Source of the DNA: Patescibacteria group bacterium
GTDB lineage: Bacteria > Patescibacteriota > Minisyncoccia > Phycocordibacterales > DATDWN01
DNA length: 64,000 nt
NCBI GenBank assembly: GCA_040389125.1
Contig: JAZKAN010000001.1
Coordinates: forward strand, 178,737-242,736
Direction of reading: 5' to 3'
Shown: positions 56,793 to 64,000 of the stretch, one piece after another
Layout: each line of letters opens with the position of its first letter
How positions within the stretch are numbered: position 1 is the stretch's first letter
Notes under the pieces: generated by a model
Seen by the model: the letters and a program-made list of their open reading frames with translations, nothing else
What the model was told of the DNA's origin: nothing
Databases searched by the model: none
Position numbers and translations under genes: made by a program

Positions 56793-57086
56793 TTACCACT
56801 TCACGGGATCCCACTCCTTCTTGAGAGACTCATTGAATTCCATCTTTTCCTCGGCATACGTCACTTCACAGTGGCCGTCGAACACGAGGAAACCTTTTAT
56901 TCCTTCTCCAAGTTCCACCCAGGTATTAGTTCCTTCCAACTCGAAGCGACGCATTTTACCGCCAACCAGTATGGCGCAGGACCCGGCCGTCTGGAGTACT
57001 TCGAAGGGAATCTCCACAAATTTGTACACCTCCTGTGGTTGCCCTTGTTTGTCATAAAAACCCGTGCCAATTGCTATCTTAAACAT
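56793..57086 (-). CDS. hypothetical protein
   Basis: RBS AGGAGAG 8 nt upstream of MFKIAIGTGF. 98 aa, no known domain. Confidence 0.45.
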   Translation of the reverse strand: MFKIAIGTGFYDKQGQPQEVYKFVEIPFEVLQTAGSCAILVGGKMRRFELEGTNTWVELGEGIKGFLVFDGHCEVTYAEEKMEFNESLKKEWDPVKW

Positions 57087-57174
57087 GTTGTGCTCTCCTG
57101 TGTATATTATACACCCATTATATAGTATTGTCAAGCACGAGTGACTTCAGTCAATGTGTTACAATCTCACTACC

Positions 57175-60100
57175 ATGGCATCCAAATTCACCCATCTCCA
57201 CACACATTCGCACTACTCCCTACTCAATGCACTTCCGAAAATTAAGGATTTAGTAAAAGAAGCGAAGAAATACGAGATGACTGCACTCGCGCTCACCGAC
57301 AACTGCAACTTGTACGGTGCAATCGAATTCTACCAGGCCTGTCTCAAGGCAGAAATAAAACCGATACTTGGTATTGATGCGTATGTGGCGTACCGATCTC
57401 GAAATGACAAACAAACGGGGATTGATAAGGAGCGATATCGTCTCGTCTTGCTTGCTGAAAACACAGTGGGCTACAAAAACCTGATCAAACTCGTCACCTA
57501 CGCACACCTCGAAGGCTTCTACTACAAACCTCGTATCGACAAGGAGCTCATGGAAAAATATCATGAGGGTATTATTGCCATTGCTCCGTCATTTTCATCG
57601 GACATCATGCAGGCAATCAAAATGTCGCATCCGGAAAAGGCACTCGAGCGACTACAGTGGTACAAAACTACTTTTGGCGAGAATAATTTTTTCCTTGAAA
57701 TCTCACATCACCCTGAAATAAAAGGTCACGAGGAAAATATGAAAAAACTGGTGGACTTTGCACGAGAGACAAACACACAGATTGTAGCCGCACATGATGT
57801 GTACTATCTACACAAAGAGGACCGACCTGCACGTGAGACACTCATGGCGGTGCAAAACAACGGGGACATTTCTGACAAGATTGAAGCGACAGAAGAAGAT
57901 TTCTCTTTTATCTCGCCGGAAACTGCAGAAAAATATTTCAAAAAACTTCCAGATGCAATCGAAAATTGCGCCAAAATTGTAGAGCGATGCAACATTGATA
58001 TCCCGATCGGCAAGTGGGTACTGCCGAACTATATTGTAGAAAGTGGACTTTCGTACGATGACGAACTGCGTCGTATTACTGAGGAAGGAATATTAAAAAG
58101 GAAACTCGAGAAAACTCCGGAAATAACCGAGCGTATGGAATACGAACTGGAAGTCATTCGTGACAAAGGATATGCACCGTATTTTCTCGTTGTATCTGAC
58201 CTGTTACATTTTGCTCACGACCACGGCATTCTCACTACAATTCGAGGATCGGTTGCGGGATCTCTCGTTACGTACCTCTCTGGAATTACAAACGTGCATC
58301 CACTCGAGTACAACTTGCCGTTTGAACGATTCCTAAACCCTTCGAGACCATCTGCGCCCGATATCGACATGGACTACGCCGACAACCGTCGCGACGAAAT
58401 GATTGACTATGCGAGAACGAAATATGGTCACGACAAAGTGGCACAGATTGGAACATTTGGTACTATGGCTGCCCGCGGTGCTGTGCGAGATGTGACTCGT
58501 GCGATGGGATTTCCATATGGTGTGGGCGATACGATTGCCAAACTCATTCCCATGGGAGCACAAGGATTTCCCATGACAATCGAGCGTGCACTCAAGGAAG
58601 TTCCCGAACTGAAAGAAATGTACAAAGCCGAGGCAGATGTCAAAACGATTATTGATATGGCACAGAAAATTGAAGGTTGTGCGCGACACATCTCGGTACA
58701 CGCCGCTGGTGTGGTGATTTCTCCTACACCACTGACTGACTTTGCACCACTCCAGTACGACACCAAAGGCGATAACAAAATCATTACGCAATACGATATG
58801 CATGCAGTGGGAGAAGACGGTGTAGGACTTCTCAAATTCGACTTTCTCGGCATACGCAACCTGTCGATCCTCGCTGACGCTGTGAAAATCACGGAAAAAA
58901 TCGAGGGTGTACAAGTAGATATTGAAAACGTGCCAGTGGATGATCGAAAAACATTTGAAATGCTTGCACGTGGAGAAACCATCGGACTCTTTCAACTAAA
59001 CGGCGACGGTATGACACGGTCACTCAAGGATTTGAAGCCAACTACGATTCATGATATCAACGTGATGGTGGCACTCTACCGACCGGGACCGATGATGAAC
59101 ATTGAGGAATATATTGCGCGCAAACACGGCAGAAATCCGATTACATATCTGCATCCAAAAATGAAAAACTTTCTTGACCGAACATATGGAGTGCTTGTGT
59201 ACCAGGACGACCTTCTCATGACGGCGATCGAGGTTGCCGGATACACATGGGGCGAGGTGGATAAATTTCGCAAAGCGATTGGAAAGAAAATTCGCGAGGA
59301 GATGGCAAAGCAACATGTAAAATTTGTCGAGGGTTGCCAGAGTCACGGAGGCATGACAGCAAAAAAAGCTGAGGAACTGTGGAATCTGTTTGAACCATTC
59401 CAGGGTTACGGCTTCAACAAAGCTCACGCTGCAAGCTACGGAAAGGTGGCGTATCAGACCGCATACATGAAGGCCAACTTCCCTGCTATATATATGTCTG
59501 CGGTTTTGACTGCTGAAAGCGGAAATGTCGAAATGATTTCAGAAATCATCGGCGAGTGTAAACGAATGCAGATTCCTGTACTTCCGCCAGATGTCAATCA
59601 ATCGTTTGAGGGATTTACTGTCGTGAAAACGACAGTAAACAATACACAGCCTGTGGTCAACGAAACAAGTGATGCAATCCGCTTTGGACTCACTACTATC
59701 AAAAACTTTGGTGAAGGCATTGCACACTCGATCATCGCCGAGAGAAAAGCGGGGGGACACTTTACATCACTAATTGATTTCTTGCGCAGAATCAAAGACA
59801 AAAATCTCAACAAAAAATCTCTCGAGTCACTGATTAAAGCCGGCGCGTTGGACTCATTTGGTGATGGTTCCCCCGACAATCGTGCAACTCTTTTGTTCAA
59901 CCTTGAATATTTACTTGCGTTCAATAAGGAAGAACGAGCAAAGGAAAATGATCAGGATTCCCTATTTTCTCTCATGGCAGAACCTGCCCAGGCGACAGAA
60001 CTGCATTTGCAAAAGGCACCAGAAAGCAATCCGACTGACCGTTTGGTTTGGGAAAAGGAACTTCTCGGACTATATATTTCCGGACATCCTCTCGATAGTT

Positions 60101-60411
60101 TCAGAGATAAACTTGAAAAGCGAGATGTCACAATAAAAAAGTTGAAAGAAACTGGTGTCGAGAAACAACCAGTTGTAATTGGTGGAATTGTTGAAGAAGT
60201 AAAAGCAGTGATGACTAAAAAAGGCGATAAGATGGTGTTTCTCAAAATTGCGGACATGACAGACTCGATCGAGGCGGTGGTATTTCCAAAAATTTTTGAA
60301 GAGTTTCAAGACATTCTGATTCCCGAAAGTTGCATTGTGATCAAGGGCACATTTTCAACACGAAACGGTGGCAAGAGTCTGATGGTGGACAAAGTAAAAG
60401 CACTAGAATAA
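57175..60411 (+). CDS. dnaE: DNA polymerase III alpha subunit
   Basis: PHP domain (HLHTHSHYSLL), polymerase palm/fingers, C-terminal OB fold. 1085 aa. Confidence 0.9.
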   Translation: MASKFTHLHTHSHYSLLNALPKIKDLVKEAKKYEMTALALTDNCNLYGAIEFYQACLKAEIKPILGIDAYVAYRSRNDKQTGIDKERYRLVLLAENTVGYKNLIKLVTYAHLEGFYYKPRIDKELMEKYHEGIIAIAPSFSSDIMQAIKMSHPEKALERLQWYKTTFGENNFFLEISHHPEIKGHEENMKKLVDFARETNTQIVAAHDVYYLHKEDRPARETLMAVQNNGDISDKIEATEEDFSFISPETAEKYFKKLPDAIENCAKIVERCNIDIPIGKWVLPNYIVESGLSYDDELRRITEEGILKRKLEKTPEITERMEYELEVIRDKGYAPYFLVVSDLLHFAHDHGILTTIRGSVAGSLVTYLSGITNVHPLEYNLPFERFLNPSRPSAPDIDMDYADNRRDEMIDYARTKYGHDKVAQIGTFGTMAARGAVRDVTRAMGFPYGVGDTIAKLIPMGAQGFPMTIERALKEVPELKEMYKAEADVKTIIDMAQKIEGCARHISVHAAGVVISPTPLTDFAPLQYDTKGDNKIITQYDMHAVGEDGVGLLKFDFLGIRNLSILADAVKITEKIEGVQVDIENVPVDDRKTFEMLARGETIGLFQLNGDGMTRSLKDLKPTTIHDINVMVALYRPGPMMNIEEYIARKHGRNPITYLHPKMKNFLDRTYGVLVYQDDLLMTAIEVAGYTWGEVDKFRKAIGKKIREEMAKQHVKFVEGCQSHGGMTAKKAEELWNLFEPFQGYGFNKAHAASYGKVAYQTAYMKANFPAIYMSAVLTAESGNVEMISEIIGECKRMQIPVLPPDVNQSFEGFTVVKTTVNNTQPVVNETSDAIRFGLTTIKNFGEGIAHSIIAERKAGGHFTSLIDFLRRIKDKNLNKKSLESLIKAGALDSFGDGSPDNRATLLFNLEYLLAFNKEERAKENDQDSLFSLMAEPAQATELHLQKAPESNPTDRLVWEKELLGLYISGHPLDSFRDKLEKRDVTIKKLKETGVEKQPVVIGGIVEEVKAVMTKKGDKMVFLKIADMTDSIEAVVFPKIFEEFQDILIPESCIVIKGTFSTRNGGKSLMVDKVKALE

Positions 60412-60419
60412 AACTTATT

Positions 60420-60758
60420 TAAAATATTTTTATATAAAAAGCAAACCCACCTGAAATCAGGGGGTTGATAGAAAAACAGGGAACGGGTGTGTGAGACATC
60501 TCACACGAAGGAACAGGGTGTTATCGGCGCCGATAACGAGGGAAAGAACATGTGCAATGATCTAGGAAGGTGGGAGGGGGAAAGCGACAGTCGCAATCCC
60601 CACCACCGACTTCCAGATTTACCGCACAAATAAAGTATATTCCACCCAGCAGTATTGTCAAGCAGTTTTTCCAAAGAAAACTGTGGATAACTCTCATGTC
60701 CAAATTTGGCTAAAAATCATTAGATTTTTACAGCTAAATCTGATACTGTGTAGATACT
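60420..60758 (+). promoter_or_regulatory. structured ~340-nt leader upstream of thrS (possible autoregulatory or attenuator element)
   Basis: Unusually long intergenic region with perfect hairpins (60489-60506 GTGTGAG-ACAT-CTCACAC; 60520-60537 GTTATCGGC/GCCGATAAC) and G-rich/C-rich complementary tracts. No clean T-box consensus was found. Confidence 0.3.
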
Positions 60759-62498
60759 ATGGAACAAGACAAATTACAAAAGATACGCCACTCACTCGCC
60801 CATTTACTCGCAGCTGCAGTTTTAGAAATCTACCCAGATACACTCCCTACTATCGGTCCCGCAACCGACACAGGATTCTATTATGACTTCGAATTCAAAT
60901 CCCCTATTTCCGACAACGATTTTGGAAAGATAGAACAAAAAATGCGACAGATCGCAAAAACATGGAAAGGATTTGAAAAAACAGATGTGTCATATGACGA
61001 AGTAAAAAAACAATTTGCCGGAAATCCATACAAACTCGAACTCATCGAGGAAATAAATAACAAGGGTGAGGCAATAACCACATACACATCCGGAATATTT
61101 ACTGATCTCTGTCGCGGTGGACATGTAGACGACATGCATGATGTAGATATGAATGCATTTAAACTCGAGCGTGTTGCTGGTGCATACTGGCGAGGCAATG
61201 AAAAAAATACGATGCTCACTCGCGTGTATGGACTCGCGTTTGAATCAAAAGAAGCATTAGAGGCCTATGAAGTGCAACAAGAAGAAGCACGAAAACGTGA
61301 TCACCGAAAACTTGGCAAGGAAATGAAATTGTTTACGATTTCAGATCTTGTTGGACCAGGACTCCCTCTCATGCAGCCAAAAGGTATGATCATCCGAAAA
61401 GCTATTGAGGATTATTTGTGGGAGCTGCATACAAATAAAGGATATGACCGAGTGTGGACTCCTCATATTGCAAAACAAAGCTTGTACGAAACATCTGGAC
61501 ACGCTGCAAAGTTTGGCGATGAGCTTTTTCGCGTAACTGGAGGTGACGAAGAATTTTTTATGAAGCCTATGAATTGCCCTCATCATATGCAGATATTTGC
61601 TGACAATCAGTTCTCGTACAAGCAGATGCCCGTGCGATATTTTGAACCAGCTACTATTTATCGATATGAAAAAGCAGGACAGCTTGCAGGACTCACACGT
61701 GTTCGAGCAATCACACAGGATGATGGACACCTTTTCTGTCGAGTATCACAAATAGGCGATGAGGTTTCGACTATCGTCAATATCATCAAAGAATTCTACA
61801 CAACCATGAACATGATGGATGGTTACTGGGTGCGACTCTCGACTCGCGGTGACGATAAAAGTAAATACCTTGGTAGTGATGAAGTGTGGGCAAAAGCCGA
61901 GGGGGCACTCGAAGCATCTGCAAAGGAAAATAATCTAAATTATAAAATCGGACGAGACGAAGCTGCATTTTACGGACCAAAATTGGATTTCATGTTCAAA
62001 GACGCAATCGGCCGCGAGTGGCAACTAGCAACCATACAGTGCGACTTCAACTTGCCAGAGCGATTTGATCTCTCATTCACAAATGAAAAAGGAGAAAGGG
62101 AACGACCAGTTGTTATCCACCGTGCAATCTCTGGTTCACTCGAGCGATTTATGGGTGTTATGATCGAACATTTCGGTGGTAACTTCCCTCTCTGGCTTTC
62201 GCCTGTGCAAGTCAAAGTAATTCCTGTGCGTGAGAATCATAATGCATATGCAAAAGATGTGTTTGTTATGCTACGAGATGCTGGTATCCGTGCTGAGTTT
62301 GACGATGCAGACGAAAATCTTGGTAAAAAGGTACGTGGTGCAAAAAATGACCGAACTCCCTACTGGCTCGTAATCGGCGACAAAGAAATCGAAGCAAACG
62401 CAGTCACTCTCGAATCCCGCGACAACGGTCAACTTGGACAGATTTCAAAAGAGGAACTTTTGGAGAAACTGGCGAGTGAGATGAAGAATAAAAAATAA
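60759..62498 (+). CDS. thrS: threonine--tRNA ligase, short form without N-terminal TGS domain
   Basis: SAD domain (HSLAHLL...CRGGH), class II catalytic core (MNCPHHMQIF), and anticodon-binding domain. Confidence 0.9.
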   Translation: MEQDKLQKIRHSLAHLLAAAVLEIYPDTLPTIGPATDTGFYYDFEFKSPISDNDFGKIEQKMRQIAKTWKGFEKTDVSYDEVKKQFAGNPYKLELIEEINNKGEAITTYTSGIFTDLCRGGHVDDMHDVDMNAFKLERVAGAYWRGNEKNTMLTRVYGLAFESKEALEAYEVQQEEARKRDHRKLGKEMKLFTISDLVGPGLPLMQPKGMIIRKAIEDYLWELHTNKGYDRVWTPHIAKQSLYETSGHAAKFGDELFRVTGGDEEFFMKPMNCPHHMQIFADNQFSYKQMPVRYFEPATIYRYEKAGQLAGLTRVRAITQDDGHLFCRVSQIGDEVSTIVNIIKEFYTTMNMMDGYWVRLSTRGDDKSKYLGSDEVWAKAEGALEASAKENNLNYKIGRDEAAFYGPKLDFMFKDAIGREWQLATIQCDFNLPERFDLSFTNEKGERERPVVIHRAISGSLERFMGVMIEHFGGNFPLWLSPVQVKVIPVRENHNAYAKDVFVMLRDAGIRAEFDDADENLGKKVRGAKNDRTPYWLVIGDKEIEANAVTLESRDNGQLGQISKEELLEKLASEMKNKK

Positions 62499-62716
62499 TG
62501 AAATTTTCATTCACTCACCATGCACAGTTTCGTATAATGGAACGAGGAATATCGACAGATAATATCAAGAAGGTGCTGCAAAATCCTGACATGCAAAGAA
62601 AAGATGTATATGGTATGATGATTGCAAACAAGAAAATCGGAGCAAAATTTTTGGAAGTAGTGTACAAAACAAAAGGTTCTGAATATATTATAATCACCGC
62701 ATATTATGAAAATTAA
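62498..62716 (+). CDS. DUF4258-family putative toxin
   Basis: HAQFRIMERGISTDNIKKVLQNPD...LEVVYKTKGSEYIIITAYY pattern. Confidence 0.65.
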   Translation: MKFSFTHHAQFRIMERGISTDNIKKVLQNPDMQRKDVYGMMIANKKIGAKFLEVVYKTKGSEYIIITAYYEN

Positions 62717-62924
62717 TTACGACAAAACAGCTGACGCTGTCTACATATCAATAAAAAAAGGTGCTGTCAAAAAAACTGCTCGTCTTGCTGATTTAGTATT
62801 AGCTGATCTTGATAAAAATGGCAAAGTCCTTGGAGTTGAGATACTTGGTGCATCTGTGAAATTTTCCAAAAAAACCAAGAGTTTAAAATCAATATTCAAT
62901 ATTCCAGTTTCCATAACTGCATAA
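62706..62924 (+). CDS. DUF2283-family putative antitoxin
   Basis: MKINYDKTADAVYISIKKG...DLDKNGKVLGVEILGAS. Overlaps the upstream gene by 11 nt. Confidence 0.65.
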   Translation: MKINYDKTADAVYISIKKGAVKKTARLADLVLADLDKNGKVLGVEILGASVKFSKKTKSLKSIFNIPVSITA

Positions 62925-62925
62925 A

Positions 62926-62959
62926 AAACAAGCATCTCATTGTGAGATGCTTGTTTTTT
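62926..62959. terminator. bidirectional intrinsic terminator
   Basis: AAAAAACAAGCATCTCA-TTG-TGAGATGCTTGTTTTTT. Confidence 0.7.
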
Positions 62960-64000
62960 ATATATCAATATTTGCCTTGTTGGCATTCGACTGAATAAAC
63001 GACTTGCGAGATGGGACGTCGGAGCCCATGAGAATATCAAACACCTTGTCGGCTGATACTGTCTCACCTACTGTAACTTGTTTTAGGATGCGTCTAGCTG
63101 GATCCATGGTTGTTTCCCATAGTTCCTCTGCATTCATTTCTCCGAGACCTTTGTATCGTTGAACAGAAACTTTAGCGGTTTTTGGTTTGTCGTCTTTTGT
63201 GCTTTTTTTAGTCTTTGCATTTTCATCCTCAGTTTCTTCAGCGTCAGCAGATTCATCTTCGCCACCCACCTCCTCGAGTTCCATGACCTCTGCATTTTTA
63301 CCCACAATCTTGTCTCGCTCCTCATCTGAATATGCGTAGAAAATCTCTTTACCTTTTTTAATTTTGAATAGTGGTGGTTGTGCGATATAGATAAATCCAC
63401 CATCGATAAGTGGTCGGAAAAATCTGTATAGGAGTGTCAGAATAAGGGTACGAATATGCGCACCGTCCACGTCCGCATCCGTTGCAATAATGACTTTGTG
63501 ATATCGAAGTTTTGAAATATCAAACGTGTCACCTATGGCCGTTCCCAGAGCCACTACTAGGTTTTTGATCTGCTCACTTTCGAGCATACGATCGAGACGT
63601 GCTCGCTCGATGTTCAGAATTTTACCTCGGAGTGGCAAAATCGCCTGTGTCTTTCGATCACGACCTGTTTTAGCTGTACCTCCCGCGGAATCTCCCTCCA
63701 CAATAAAAAGTTCACTTTCTGCGGCACTTTTGGACTGACAGTCTGCAAGCTTGCCGGGAAGTGTCATACCCTCGAGAGCGCCCTTGCGGAGCACAGAATC
63801 CTTGGCGGCCTTTGCGGCCTTGCGAGCCTTGAGTGCGAGCACAACTTTGTTTATGATTGCTTTTGCATCGTCTGGATTTTCCTCAAGGAAATATGTAAAG
63901 CCTTCAGAAAATACTGTGTTTACAGAACTCTGTGCTTCTACAGATCCGAGTTTGGCTTTGGTTTGTCCTTCAAACTGAATCTCGCGGAGTTTGACAGACA
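62958..64000 (-). CDS. gyrB: DNA gyrase subunit B, C-terminal part (5' end beyond window)
   Basis: IQFEGQTKAKLG, TOPRIM motifs (LFIVEGDSAGG, IATDADVDGAHI), and C-terminal QRYKGLGEMN. The frame stays open to the window edge. Has an acidic/Lys-rich insertion. Confidence 0.85.
   Translation of the reverse strand, partial: SVKLREIQFEGQTKAKLGSVEAQSSVNTVFSEGFTYFLEENPDDAKAIINKVVLALKARKAAKAAKDSVLRKGALEGMTLPGKLADCQSKSAAESELFIVEGDSAGGTAKTGRDRKTQAILPLRGKILNIERARLDRMLESEQIKNLVVALGTAIGDTFDISKLRYHKVIIATDADVDGAHIRTLILTLLYRFFRPLIDGGFIYIAQPPLFKIKKGKEIFYAYSDEERDKIVGKNAEVMELEEVGGEDESADAEETEDENAKTKKSTKDDKPKTAKVSVQRYKGLGEMNAEELWETTMDPARRILKQVTVGETVSADKVFDILMGSDVPSRKSFIQSNANKANIDI

Noticed and set aside
1-64000. 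CRISPR arrays, rRNA genes, transposases and integrases
   Set aside because: No tandem direct-repeat/spacer arrays, no rRNA-like conserved blocks, and no DDE, serine or tyrosine recombinase motifs were seen. The only repeats are the short hairpin element families.

Overview
This is a low-GC (about 40%), gene-dense bacterial window. About 80% of genes are on the minus strand. Most are housekeeping genes: ddl, an uvrC / uvrA / uvrB cluster, tgt, an FKBP isomerase, rluB-like, LOG, xseAB, a thermonuclease, DedA, a DEAD-box helicase, a MacAB-like ABC efflux trio, ABC-F, PadR/PspC, msrAB, LexA, a PIF1-like helicase, two ABC exporters, trmD, a KH protein, rpsP, RNase R, a short SMC, rnc, a NusB fusion, rpmF, rnhB, dnaE, thrS and partial gyrB. 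There is one tRNA-Ala(UGC) and two putative toxin-antitoxin pairs (HicAB next to the tRNA; DUF4258/DUF2283). Reduced proteins are common (UvrC without its HhH domain, a 749-aa SMC, a short ThrRS) and there are many tiny membrane ORFs. By inference this fits a small-genome, Patescibacteria/CPR-like bacterium. Most notable are two related families of short intergenic hairpin elements, eight copies in 64 kb, each immediately downstream of a minus-strand stop codon. They have a conserved core, sequence-variable but still complementary outer stems, and compensatory base changes. I could not assign them to a known ncRNA class. Other observations: two ~345-nt minus-strand units bounded by promoter and terminator with no credible ORF (candidate ncRNAs, not matchable by eye to RNase P, tmRNA or SRP); a 114-bp perfect-armed palindrome with a GC-rich core; an ECF-sigma-linked envelope redox island; a GC-rich (~55-57%) LysM gene with a consensus sigma70 promoter; an AT-rich (23-30% GC) three-gene islet; and a NusB-Nudix-like fusion. 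No CRISPR, rRNA or transposase genes were seen.
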